From Candidatus Nomurabacteria bacterium RIFCSPLOWO2_01_FULL_42_17 (GTDB taxonomy: Bacteria; Patescibacteriota; Minisyncoccia; Phycocordibacterales; UBA9973), in contig MFVE01000005.1 in NCBI GenBank assembly GCA_001785985.1, forward strand, positions 16,556-80,555: a DNA stretch of 64,000 nucleotides. Direction: 5' to 3'. The translations under genes and the position numbers were made by a program. This document shows positions 19,524 to 30,875 of the stretch, piece after piece. Under the pieces are notes generated by a model that saw only the letters and a program-made list of their open reading frames with translations, did no database searches and was not told the origin of the DNA. Positions within the stretch are counted from its first letter, which is position 1. Each line of letters starts with the position of its first letter.

Positions 19524-22454
19524 TTATTTATAAATCTCTGCCATTTTACAATATTCGCACTCAGTATTTTTCCCATAAGAATTGTAATTACAAGGCCTAT
19601 TTAGCCACTGCCCTTTTTTGATGAGATTATCATAATCCAGAATGTCTTTCACTAAAAGGCTAATTTCGCTGTCAGTTATCACTCTATCATAAATGGATTC
19701 CTTTTCATCTTTCGCTTCTATAAATTCAAGCCGACTTTCACGAACATTTATTTTGGAATTATTCTGCAGTAAATACGAATACATCGCGAGCTGGCGGAGA
19801 TATGAGCTCAGCCTCCCTTCCTCATCTATCTTTTCTATATCCCCTTTTTTTCGCACACTTCCGGTCTTAAAATCTGTCACGCGTAATTCATCTTTTGAAA
19901 AATATTCTACTAAGTCTATTTTCCCATAAATATTTAAATGCGGGAATCTATGATCTTTGGTGGAAATACTTTTTTCATTCTCATATTTTTGCTCTATTTT
20001 AGACAACCGGCTCTTTACCCATCTTGAAACAATTTTTAAAACTCCTTTATCACCACTCGTTAGCTCTTCTAAGTCTTTTGAGTTCGGAGCTTTTTTAAGT
20101 TTGAGAATTTTATCAATCGCCGAATGCACCGCATTCCCATGTTCCAAACTCTCGCTTTTTGCTTCTGGCAACTGAAGTAAATTCCTAAAATACCATTTCC
20201 AAGGACATTCAAAAAAATTATTTAGAAGAGAAACAGACACTTTCCTGTCCTCATAGTCTTTAGCAACTAACTTTATTAATTCTGGGAGCCCAGTATTTTT
20301 TACATTTTTTTTAATATCAGAGGTTAAAACATAAGCTTTGGCACTAGTTTTCAAAATTATTTTCTCTGTTTCATCTGCGGTTTGTTTTTCAAAATGCTCC
20401 CCCAAATCTGCCACGATACTGGCAAGCTCCAAATCTCCGCCGGTATATGAATGCAAGGCATAAGAGAGCGTACAGAATCTTTTGGCTCGCGTGATCGCCA
20501 CATAGAGCTGGCGTTTCAAGACCTCTGTATCTTTCTGCTCAACCTTTTCTGCCAACACTTCTGGAAGTGTAAAACCACCATGTCTGCCACTACCCAAAGA
20601 CTTTTCATCCATATGCGCAATCCAGACATAATCAAACTCCAGTCCTTTGGAGCCGTGCAAAGTAAGGACTTTTACCCCCTCGTCTGCCGAGAATACTGCA
20701 AGCGGAATATGTTCGCCATAAGTTTCCAGACGATCTATAAATATTAAAAATTCTCTCAAGGCAATCTTCGGATTCTTTTCTATTTGCGAAAGCGCTAAAT
20801 GTAAAAGTGTACGCACGACTTCTACTCGCACTACCAGATCCGCGTGATTACGCGCCGTATCCAGCAGTAATTCTGAACCAACATTTTGCAACAAAGAATA
20901 TACATTCAAGTCAGCGGATTTTTGGATCCAGGATTTTAGTTTTTCTATCCAAATTTTTACGAGATTTTCATTTTTGAAAAGCGTTTGCTTATCTTCCTTG
21001 ATATTGAGAATAGAAAACTCTCGCATATAATTTTCTTTTATAAATTTATGCGCTTCTAGGGGCGGAATACCGGAAAATTTATTAAAAAAAGATCCCGAAA
21101 TAGCGACTCCATCTGCCGGATACGCGATGATCTTCAAAACTTGCAAAAAAGCTTGCGCTTCCGCCGAATCAAAAAAATTAATTTTGTCTCCTCCTGCTAC
21201 TAGGATACCCATATCTCGTAAAATAGCGATCGCACTGCGCGCCTGTCTATTTTTAGGCACCAGTATCGCCATTTCATTCACATCTTCTTTATTCTTAATT
21301 TTCTCTCTTATCTCTAACGCGCAAGCGATGATCTCGTCTCGCGGATAACTCGCCTCTACTAGACGCAATGGAATATTCTCTTTGAGATTACTTTTTAATT
21401 TCCCTTCAGTGAGAGAACTCTGCAATAGACTATGGGAAAGATCGAGAATTCCCTTTGTCGAACGATAATTTTCTTCCAAAGAAATTAATTTTGCTTTGCC
21501 AAAAGCATTTTTAAAATTCTCAAAATAAGAAATTGACGCGCCACCAAAACCATAAATGAGCTGGCGGTCATCTCCGACCACGAAAATATTTGGCTTTTCC
21601 TCCCCTTGCCAAACTTTCTCCAAGAATTCATTTTGCACTCCAGATGAGTCTTGATGTTCGTCTATTAAAACATATTGATATTTTTCTTTTAAATCAAACG
21701 AAGCTTCTTCAGAAATTTCTATGATTTTTACTAAATTTTCCAAAACATCGTCATAATCAATAAAGTTTTTTTCTTTTTTCACTTCTTCATAAAATTCATA
21801 AAATTTAATGGCCTCCCGCGTGCGTTCTAATCCTTCTATCTTTTTTTGGATATCTTTCTTCAGCTCCCCCTTGGTAGCGCCACGAGAAGAAACATTTTCC
21901 GGATCAGATTCTAAATTCTTAATCTCTTTTTTACTTAAATCTTCAAAAGCCTCCGGGACTAGGCGCTCCCGTTTTAAAAGTGAAATCAAACCCTTTAAAT
22001 CATTGAAGTATCTGGAAGTATCCGACTTTGGACGAATATATTCCCATTCGTTATCCTGCAAAATTGCATCACTAAGCGCTACCGCATCTGCCTCATCCAT
22101 TAATTTTGGCATTTCAGGCAAATCTAAAACACGAAAATATTTTTCAAGAATATCCATCCCAAAACTATGGAAAGTAGAAATATGCACCTTGGAAGCTTCG
22201 ATCCCAATGTAATCACGCAAACGCTCCCGCATCGCTTTTACACCAGAATTTGTAAAAGTAAGACAAAGAATACTGTCAGCTTTGTTATCTGTCTTGGTTA
22301 AAATATTTGCCACCCGAAGCGCTAGGATCTGCGTCTTGCCAGTGCCCGGACCGGCCACCACCATCACCGGACCATCAATCGTGTCCACTGCTTCTTTTTG
22401 AGCTTTATTTAGCTTTTCATATTCTTCTTTAAAAATTTTCTGCGGGCCTTTCAT
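19524..22454 (-). CDS. UvrD/PcrA-family ATP-dependent helicase fused to a C-terminal RecB/Cas4-like PD-(D/E)XK nuclease domain with 4-Cys (Fe-S) motif
   Basis: Walker A VAGPGTGKTQ and UvrD motifs. C-terminal Cys pattern C…(far)…CNYNSYGKNTECEYC (C-x10-C-x2-C) as in AddB/Cas4. Confidence 0.8.
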   Translation of the reverse strand: MKGPQKIFKEEYEKLNKAQKEAVDTIDGPVMVVAGPGTGKTQILALRVANILTKTDNKADSILCLTFTNSGVKAMRERLRDYIGIEASKVHISTFHSFGMDILEKYFRVLDLPEMPKLMDEADAVALSDAILQDNEWEYIRPKSDTSRYFNDLKGLISLLKRERLVPEAFEDLSKKEIKNLESDPENVSSRGATKGELKKDIQKKIEGLERTREAIKFYEFYEEVKKEKNFIDYDDVLENLVKIIEISEEASFDLKEKYQYVLIDEHQDSSGVQNEFLEKVWQGEEKPNIFVVGDDRQLIYGFGGASISYFENFKNAFGKAKLISLEENYRSTKGILDLSHSLLQSSLTEGKLKSNLKENIPLRLVEASYPRDEIIACALEIREKIKNKEDVNEMAILVPKNRQARSAIAILRDMGILVAGGDKINFFDSAEAQAFLQVLKIIAYPADGVAISGSFFNKFSGIPPLEAHKFIKENYMREFSILNIKEDKQTLFKNENLVKIWIEKLKSWIQKSADLNVYSLLQNVGSELLLDTARNHADLVVRVEVVRTLLHLALSQIEKNPKIALREFLIFIDRLETYGEHIPLAVFSADEGVKVLTLHGSKGLEFDYVWIAHMDEKSLGSGRHGGFTLPEVLAEKVEQKDTEVLKRQLYVAITRAKRFCTLSYALHSYTGGDLELASIVADLGEHFEKQTADETEKIILKTSAKAYVLTSDIKKNVKNTGLPELIKLVAKDYEDRKVSVSLLNNFFECPWKWYFRNLLQLPEAKSESLEHGNAVHSAIDKILKLKKAPNSKDLEELTSGDKGVLKIVSRWVKSRLSKIEQKYENEKSISTKDHRFPHLNIYGKIDLVEYFSKDELRVTDFKTGSVRKKGDIEKIDEEGRLSSYLRQLAMYSYLLQNNSKINVRESRLEFIEAKDEKESIYDRVITDSEISLLVKDILDYDNLIKKGQWLNRPCNYNSYGKNTECEYCKMAEIYK

Positions 22455-22464
22455 TGATTTTATT

Positions 22465-23382
22465 TTAGACTAATTTTCGATTGAGGTGTTTGTTTGATTT
22501 CCAAAAGAAAAAACCGATGATGAGAAAGGTAGCGAGCGGAGAAAGATATTCCGGTATGTGAAAACCAAAACTATGCAAGATCATGATAATTCCCAAGACC
22601 AAGATAGAATACATCGCGCCATTTTTCAGATAAACATATTTTTTAATCCGCTCGATATTTCTCAATGTTAATTCGCGCACCAAGAGAGCACCCAGTCCGT
22701 TGCCCAGTAAAATGAGGGGTACCGAAAGGGTGAACGCAAAAGCTCCTAAAACTCCGTCGATCGAAAAAGTCGTGTCGATAATTTCTAGAAAGAAAAGCTT
22801 GCTCAGATCAGAGTGCGCGTTGCCAAGCAATTTTTTCTCTTGCTCCTCGGCATTTTGTTTAAAGCCGTGAGTAATAAAAAACAGACTGGAACCCACGACC
22901 GCGCCAAAACCCATGAGGTTGCTTTCTTTGAGTGCAAACCAAGCAATGAGTGCCAGTAAGATGGAAACTGTAGCATAAAACCAAACCCCCTGCGACATGA
23001 AAAATTTCTCGGCTTTAGGCAACCCGAAATGTTTCTCTTCAAGAAAAAGCCAGTGCAAAAATAAAAAAAGAAGAAAAACCCCGCCAGCCACTAGCAAGAT
23101 GGGGGCTGATTTTTCTATCGATTCTAAAACCAGGGGATCGCTAGACCAGGCGGCTGACAGGATCTGCATCGGATTGAGCGACGTATTGAAAGCCCAAATT
23201 ATTATAAATGGCAGGAGTCCGCGAACCATAAAAACTGCAATGAACATCCCCCAGGTCAAAAACCATCGTCTAGCTTTGGCGCCCATGGTAGCCAACACTT
23301 CAGCATTTATGATAGCGTTATCCACAGACGAAACTGCCTCAAAAAGCGAAAGGCCTACGATTGTAATCAGCGCAGAAAGCAT
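22465..23382 (-). CDS. TerC/DUF475-family integral membrane protein
   Basis: Multi-TM protein with a duplicated …SVDNAI… / …SIDGVLGA… motif typical of TerC-like proteins. Confidence 0.5.
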   Translation of the reverse strand: MLSALITIVGLSLFEAVSSVDNAIINAEVLATMGAKARRWFLTWGMFIAVFMVRGLLPFIIIWAFNTSLNPMQILSAAWSSDPLVLESIEKSAPILLVAGGVFLLFLFLHWLFLEEKHFGLPKAEKFFMSQGVWFYATVSILLALIAWFALKESNLMGFGAVVGSSLFFITHGFKQNAEEQEKKLLGNAHSDLSKLFFLEIIDTTFSIDGVLGAFAFTLSVPLILLGNGLGALLVRELTLRNIERIKKYVYLKNGAMYSILVLGIIMILHSFGFHIPEYLSPLATFLIIGFFFWKSNKHLNRKLV

Positions 23383-23394
23383 TTTTATATTCTA

Positions 23395-23435
23395 CCCGGT
23401 AGTGAGCCCGCCAGCAAGTCGGATCTACTATCGGG
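23395..23435. repeat. Stem-loop CCCGGTAGTgag…ACTATCGGG (GGTAGTGAG hairpin family)
   Basis: Inverted arms with one G.U. Located between truB and the TerC-like gene. Confidence 0.5.
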
Positions 23436-23437
23436 TT

Positions 23438-24223
23438 CTACTCCGATTGCTCCCATTTGCCAATTTTTGTCCTTTTGATTGAAAAGGCTAGAGCGGGAAT
23501 GTTGAGTTTTTGCCCAAGCGAGTGCGCTATCCCTCGCACATATGTGCCACTACTACATTTAATATTAAAATCAGCGATAAAAAACTTTCTCTCCAGCAAG
23601 GACTCCCCTTGCTGGGATTTCAACTTCTGGCGCCAGATTTTTAAGATTTCTTTTTGGCGAAAATCCCCTTTCACCTTTACAACTCTGCGCTCGATGTTTT
23701 CTAAAAACTTTCGGGCACTTATTTTCTTTATACAAAAAAACTTCAAACTCTTTACCTCCACTTCATGCTTCGGACTCTCTACAAATTTACCCGCTCTCGC
23801 GTAAGCAAAAAGCGGTTTGCCCTTTACAGTGCGAGAAGAATACATCGGATAACTTTGCATAAATTTGCCAGTGAAAAATTTTAGATTCTGTTTTATTTTT
23901 TTCTCTAATTCTTTCATTCCAATGTTCGTTAGAATGTTAGAATGTTGTATCTTGCCCAAGATATCATAAGTGTCGGTAGTAAAACCAAAAAGAACGCTAA
24001 ATTTATATTCTTTGGAAAGTTTTAGATATTTTTCTTTTTCTTTTACAGCATCCCCTGCTAGCACTAACAAAAGCCCAGAGGCGAGCGGATCCAGCCGGCC
24101 GGCATAAGTCATCTTTGCATCTTTATATTTTTTATTTTTGGCGCGAAAAGCCTGAAGCGCCTCGAGCGGTGTCTCACCCTCTTTTTTATTCAGCAGTAAG
24201 ATTTTTTTGAGAAATTTTTTCAC
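23438..24223 (-). CDS. truB: tRNA pseudouridine(55) synthase
   Basis: AGRLDPLASGLLLV is the TruB catalytic Asp motif. Confidence 0.88.
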   Translation of the reverse strand: MKKFLKKILLLNKKEGETPLEALQAFRAKNKKYKDAKMTYAGRLDPLASGLLLVLAGDAVKEKEKYLKLSKEYKFSVLFGFTTDTYDILGKIQHSNILTNIGMKELEKKIKQNLKFFTGKFMQSYPMYSSRTVKGKPLFAYARAGKFVESPKHEVEVKSLKFFCIKKISARKFLENIERRVVKVKGDFRQKEILKIWRQKLKSQQGESLLERKFFIADFNIKCSSGTYVRGIAHSLGQKLNIPALAFSIKRTKIGKWEQSE

Positions 24224-24692
24224 GGAGAGAGAATGGCTCTAAATGCGCGGCGATCGCGATGGCTACAGCGATGATCAAAAGATTTTTTATAATATATTGC
24301 CCTTCGAGAGTAGGCACTAAAAATCCGCTCCAGGTCATTGCTGGCAAAAGGAACAATGGCATAAATGTCGTAGCCATGTGCGCAAAGAGCATCGGTATGA
24401 CCACCCGCTCAAAACCACGAATGATAAAAAGAATCCCGATGACACATTCAAATATGCCAAATAGAACGATGAAAGTATCAAACGACATAAAACTGATCGT
24501 CCTTTCAAAAAGACTTTGTACCAAGGGACTAGCAGAAGATACGCCGATAACTTTCAAAATACCGAACCAGAAAAAAATCACAAACAAACTAAAACGAGCC
24601 ATCGGCATCGACGCACGCCTGAAAAAATTAATAAGTTTTATATCTATATCTCGCAGTGAGTTTTCTTTCCACATGCTGAAAGTATATACCAA
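24186..24692 (-). CDS. Hypothetical integral membrane protein (start may lie further downstream; 38-nt overlap with truB)
   Basis: ORF with 4 predicted hydrophobic helices. No recognisable motif. Confidence 0.4.
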   Translation of the reverse strand: MVYTFSMWKENSLRDIDIKLINFFRRASMPMARFSLFVIFFWFGILKVIGVSSASPLVQSLFERTISFMSFDTFIVLFGIFECVIGILFIIRGFERVVIPMLFAHMATTFMPLFLLPAMTWSGFLVPTLEGQYIIKNLLIIAVAIAIAAHLEPFSLREKISQKNLTAE

Positions 24693-24790
24693 AATTTTAA
24701 TTTATCAAAATAAATATAAAATAAAACAAAAGAACAAATTAATACAAACTTAACCTTGCATATTGAGCGATTATATGATATAATTGCCTT

Positions 24791-25459
24791 ATGGCAATAT
24801 TGATTATTGAAGACGAGAAAAAATTAGTGGATATCTTGAAGCGAGCTCTAAAAAGCGAGCGCTATTCCGTGGATGTAGCCTATGATGGCGAGACGGGCTT
24901 AGAGAAAGCGATGAAAAATAATTATTCTTTGATTCTACTAGACATCATGCTTCCAAAGAGAGACGGTTTCTCTGTCTGCAAAGAACTCCGAACGCACGCG
25001 ATCCACACACCCATCATCATGCTCACCGCAAGAGGCAGTACCGAAGATCGAGTGACTGGCCTAGACGCCGGAGCGGATGACTATCTGATAAAACCTTTCA
25101 GCACCAGCGAACTGTTTGCGCGAATTCGCGCTGTCTTGCGTCGCCGCAAAACAACCGAATCAAATATTATTAAAATCGGAAATTTGGTGATGGATAAAAA
25201 GAAACACGAAGTCACCCGCGCCGGCATCACTATTCCACTGACTCCAAAAGAATACAAACTCTTAGATATGCTCCTTTCCAACAGTGGAGAAGCGATAAGC
25301 AGACAGAGGCTCATCGAACACGCTTGGGGGCCGACTTTTAAGGAGACAAATAATGAGCTAAATGTTCACATCAGATATTTGCGCAAAAAAATCGACGGGA
25401 AAAAAGACAAGCATCTAATCCACACCATCCGAGGCGTCGGTTTTGCGTTGAAGGAATAA
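24791..25459 (+). CDS. OmpR-family two-component response regulator (REC + winged-helix)
   Basis: MAILIIEDEKKLVDIL…LLDIMLPKRDGF… receiver domain, plus a C-terminal trans_reg_C domain (…LTPKEYKLLDML…). Confidence 0.85.
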   Translation: MAILIIEDEKKLVDILKRALKSERYSVDVAYDGETGLEKAMKNNYSLILLDIMLPKRDGFSVCKELRTHAIHTPIIMLTARGSTEDRVTGLDAGADDYLIKPFSTSELFARIRAVLRRRKTTESNIIKIGNLVMDKKKHEVTRAGITIPLTPKEYKLLDMLLSNSGEAISRQRLIEHAWGPTFKETNNELNVHIRYLRKKIDGKKDKHLIHTIRGVGFALKE

Positions 25460-25524
25460 AATAAAACCCGAAGAAGTGAAATTATATCTTTTGCGCAAAA
25501 CCTTTTTGTGAGTTTTTCATAATT

Positions 25525-26232
25525 TTAGTCTAATATTACTTTAATGATTCCTAAAGCAGATGATTCAAATAAAGGATTAATATTTCCCAACACATAAATA
25601 ATTTCATTCTTAAAAAAGGCAAAATAAAGTTTTCCATTTATTGTGTTTTTCAAAACAATAGTTCCATTTATTGTGATCTTTTCATAACCCGAAGAATCTG
25701 AGGATATCTTTTCAAAAGTATCTTGCGCCATACTCCGATTATTCATTTGCGCAAATGTACCACTGGCATTACTTTTCGATAGTGAGTTGCCACTATTAGG
25801 ATTTTCCACGAACTGATTATAATTTTTAGCGGTTCCAAAAAAATTAATATCAATGTCAACTTGCGCGACCGCGCCCACTTCACTCTCTTTTCGCACAGTA
25901 GTGTCTCTGCCGACCCAGTAATAAGCACTGCTTCCGTTTTCCTGAAGTCGTTTGACTATCGCACATAGTTTTTGTCCACTTATTCCCGACTGGGTAGATT
26001 CAATACAGCTATCATGGTCGCGAGCAATAAAATCTGAGAAAATATTGCTATTTGCTTGATTCGTGTCTGGATTATTATTTACTGAACTAGATCCAGTGTT
26101 TGCTGTTTTAAAATAATATACTCCCCCGCCTATCGCTAAAATTGCGATGATTGCAATAATCAAGGGAACCACAAAACCTTTTTGTGAGTTTTTCATAACT
26201 TTTATTATATCATACTCTTTCTTATATGCCAC
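25525..26232 (-). CDS. Hypothetical membrane-anchored/secreted protein
   Basis: N-terminal TM/signal anchor (VVPLIIAIIAILAIGGGVYYF) followed by a Ser/Asn-rich region. Bracketed by a 27-bp perfect direct repeat. Confidence 0.45.
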   Translation of the reverse strand: MAYKKEYDIIKVMKNSQKGFVVPLIIAIIAILAIGGGVYYFKTANTGSSSVNNNPDTNQANSNIFSDFIARDHDSCIESTQSGISGQKLCAIVKRLQENGSSAYYWVGRDTTVRKESEVGAVAQVDIDINFFGTAKNYNQFVENPNSGNSLSKSNASGTFAQMNNRSMAQDTFEKISSDSSGYEKITINGTIVLKNTINGKLYFAFFKNEIIYVLGNINPLFESSALGIIKVILD

Positions 26233-26437
26233 CTTACAATCGAAGGGTTGGCGAAGCCCGACTTCGCTAAAGCTATGGCGGGCAAAGGCGGAGGGTGAGG
26301 GATTTGGTCAGGCATCTTTTTCTACTGAAAAAGTGCACGACCCTGCCTCGCGCCGTCGCGCTCCGGCTTTCTCATCCCCCGGAATCGCGCAATGATGAGA
26401 TGTTCGAATGTCATTTAGACATTCTCACAAATCATTG

Positions 26438-26522
26438 CGGAACCGGAGGGATTCGAACCCTCGAGACCTTTCAGCCTACGCGCTTTCCAAGCGCGCGCAC
26501 TCGACCACTATGCGACGGTTCC
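26438..26522 (-). tRNA. tRNA-Ser (anticodon GGA), class II with long variable arm
   Basis: Reverse complement folds with acceptor GGAACCG/CGGUUCC, anticodon stem CGCGC/GCGCG, loop UUGGAAA, long variable arm, T-loop UUCGAAU and discriminator G. Confidence 0.85.
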
Positions 26523-26531
26523 AGACTGGAA

Positions 26532-28637
<2,106 letters not shown>

Positions 28638-29165
28638 TTAATAATCTACATTAATTTCGCGCTCAATCAGGTTCGTGCTAGATGATTCACACGAGCCATC
28701 GCCGCCGAGATTATAGCCTTTAGAGATGATATGAGTCTCTTCTGGAGTAATTTTATCCACAGTCACAATAGCGCAACCTTGCTCTCCTCTGCCCAACCCT
28801 AGAACAGTAAAAGTCCAAAAATCTTCCGGATCCGCCTCCGGTGTCGGAATTTCAACATCAGCGCAAATCATAAACGCAGGTGGATTGTCCGAAAAAGCAT
28901 TAGGGTAATTATTAGGAGGTCCGGGAGTTCGATCGTAATATTGAGCGCATTCGGCGCCAGTATCAGCCGCAAAAAAAGCATCATTGGTATCGCGAGCGCT
29001 GGTGCCAAACTTCACTTCTTTGAGCGCTATATTAGAAATACCCAGGGCGATTGCTAAAAAAATCGCGGAAAGCGTAACTGCAAAAAGTATCACGAATCCC
29101 GAACGAAAGCCTTTGGCTTCGTACGGGACAGGTCCTTTATTTTTTTTTATTATTATTTTTATCAT
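28638..29165 (-). CDS. Minor pilin / PilX-like pseudopilin (T4P cluster)
   Basis: N-terminal hydrophobic prepilin-like helix (GFRSGFVILFAVTLSAIFLAIALG) and position within the pilin operon. A9 tract in codons 5-9. Confidence 0.5.
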   Translation of the reverse strand: MIKIIIKKNKGPVPYEAKGFRSGFVILFAVTLSAIFLAIALGISNIALKEVKFGTSARDTNDAFFAADTGAECAQYYDRTPGPPNNYPNAFSDNPPAFMICADVEIPTPEADPEDFWTFTVLGLGRGEQGCAIVTVDKITPEETHIISKGYNLGGDGSCESSSTNLIEREINVDY

Positions 29166-29174
29166 ATTACTTGT

Positions 29175-29202
29175 AGGGTAGTGAGCTTCGCTCTACTACC
29201 CT
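29175..29202. repeat. Stem-loop AGGGTAGTGAG…CTCTACTACCCT (GGTAGTGAG hairpin family)
   Basis: Inverted repeat between two minor-pilin genes. Confidence 0.5.
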
Positions 29203-29629
29203 ATTCTACCCAATTAAATAAACTTTCGGAAAAAATTACATGAAAAGTGCCCGAACCTTGAGTCCAAGAAACATCCGAAGAAATTTTTACTTCATCTGAA
29301 TTGGTGACGGTTTTGCTTATTATACGAGAAAAGCTAGTACTGGTAGGAGGATCGAGAGGAGGGAGGGCATCATCTCTAAAACTGCTCCAACCAGCCTGAG
29401 CGCCATCTGCGTCATAGAGGACAGCAGTGTCGCGCAGATTTCTAACGTATTCGATCCCCTCTTGCGCCAAATATCCGGCTATTATTTTTTGTTTGCTGTA
29501 ATTAGTATTAGAAATACCGGATGCCAAAACGGACATTATCCCTAAGAGCGACACGGTAAAAATAGACAGAGCCACCAGCGTCTCTACTAAAGTAAACCCG
29601 CCATTATTTTTTTTAAATAATTTAATCAT
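29201..29629 (-). CDS. Type IV minor pilin (PilV-like), prepilin N-terminal methylation domain
   Basis: …NNGGFTLVETLVALSIFTVSLLG is a class III signal peptide (G|FTLVE). Confidence 0.7.
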   Translation of the reverse strand: MIKLFKKNNGGFTLVETLVALSIFTVSLLGIMSVLASGISNTNYSKQKIIAGYLAQEGIEYVRNLRDTAVLYDADGAQAGWSSFRDDALPPLDPPTSTSFSRIISKTVTNSDEVKISSDVSWTQGSGTFHVIFSESLFNWVE

Positions 29630-30237
29630 ATATCTGATATATCTAGAAGTCTTTGAGAGACTGAAGTTTGTAAAGAAAAAGGTGTGACAGGATCTTTAAG
29701 CATTATATGGCCGACTAATTTAATGGTAATAAAAGGTTGCTGTTCATCGCCTTCCGAATGGGGTTCGGCGCCCACGACTGTAAATCCAGAAGCTCCATCA
29801 ATCACAACCTCGGGCGGATTTAATTGCACCCAAGTTCCTGCCTCTCCGCCTTTAGTAGATTTACTTATATTAAAAGTAAGACCGCCATCTGTTGATTCTA
29901 TCTTGTACCCCCATTGATCATCTTCATCTGATGGATCCCCATGAGGAGCCTCTTCAAAAAAAATATTCCCGCCAAGCTCACAGCTCCGAGCGGTGTCTAT
30001 ATTGGAAAAATCGCCACAATGATACATATATCCCGTCCTTAGATTTCGAGACATATCTTCCATAATAAAACTCAAATTATCCATAATGGAGCGCATATCT
30101 TGCGACTTATTGTGGAGCAAATTAGCATTTAAAAGAGCGCCCATACCGGAGAGGACGATGACCACAAAAAGAGACACAGCGATCATCGTCTCGATTATGG
30201 TATATCCGCCTTTAGTTTTATAATTATTTTTTTGCAT
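29626..30237 (-). CDS. Type IV pseudopilin (PilW-like), prepilin N-terminal domain
   Basis: …KGGYTIIETMIAVSLFVVIVL prepilin motif. Confidence 0.65.
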   Translation of the reverse strand: MQKNNYKTKGGYTIIETMIAVSLFVVIVLSGMGALLNANLLHNKSQDMRSIMDNLSFIMEDMSRNLRTGYMYHCGDFSNIDTARSCELGGNIFFEEAPHGDPSDEDDQWGYKIESTDGGLTFNISKSTKGGEAGTWVQLNPPEVVIDGASGFTVVGAEPHSEGDEQQPFITIKLVGHIMLKDPVTPFSLQTSVSQRLLDISDI

Positions 30238-30239
30238 AA

Positions 30240-30875
30240 TTAATTTACTTGAATTCTTCCTGATAGATATATTTTAATTTTAGCATTGGCTGATTTCGGC
30301 GAAGCAATACTGATTTGCACATAGGAAACAGCAGAAGAAAAAGAAGTGCTTGATTTTATTTCTGCGCTCGAGCTGGGTCTAGAAAAAGAAATAGTTAGAT
30401 CGTCTAAGGACTCAGAACCGCCGGATTGATAAAAAACATCTAAACTGGAAATGTAATTCCCCCTGGTAATAGTAATCGGATCTATGCATTCCCCTGTGCA
30501 GTCCGAGCCATCAAACAAGCCATCTTCGTTGAGATCAGAAAAATAAATAAAACTTTCATCATCAGCTGCTTTATCTATGTGGACTCCATAGGCAGGTTTC
30601 CAGGTTGAATCTATCTGCAACTGCTGGGTCAAGGGCGGCAATTTGCCGGACAAAGATGACTTTTGCGCTTCCACAATCTTCAAAGCAATATCGCTGGCTA
30701 AATTTTTGATATCGACTTTCGCTTGAAATTCCCCGTAATTAAAAATGACAATAGAGGCCATGACAGAAAAAATACTCAACACAACAATGAGCTCTACATA
30801 GGTCATTCCTCTATTCAGCTTATTAGCTTGTAGCTTGTAGCTTGTAGTATTTGGTATTTTAAAATTAAAAATCAT
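30240..30875 (-). CDS. Type IV pilin-like protein with prepilin leader
   Basis: …NRG|MTYVELIVVLSIFSVMASIV. The leader contains the in-frame TSYKLQA repeat insert. Confidence 0.6.
   Translation of the reverse strand: MIFNFKIPNTTSYKLQANKLNRGMTYVELIVVLSIFSVMASIVIFNYGEFQAKVDIKNLASDIALKIVEAQKSSLSGKLPPLTQQLQIDSTWKPAYGVHIDKAADDESFIYFSDLNEDGLFDGSDCTGECIDPITITRGNYISSLDVFYQSGGSESLDDLTISFSRPSSSAEIKSSTSFSSAVSYVQISIASPKSANAKIKIYLSGRIQVN

Noticed and set aside
22803-23482. ORFs 22803-23042 (minus) and 22997-23482 (plus) overlapping the TerC-like gene
   Set aside because: These are alternative-frame or antisense ORFs within a well-supported membrane-protein gene. No motifs.
26233-26437. SRP (4.5S) RNA or RNase P RNA in the GC-rich spacer
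   Set aside because: It contains GGUCAGG, but the conserved helix-8 CCGGAAGG/GCAGC motifs and RNase P P4 sequences are absent, and 200 nt is too short for RNase P. It is kept only as an unclassified structured region.
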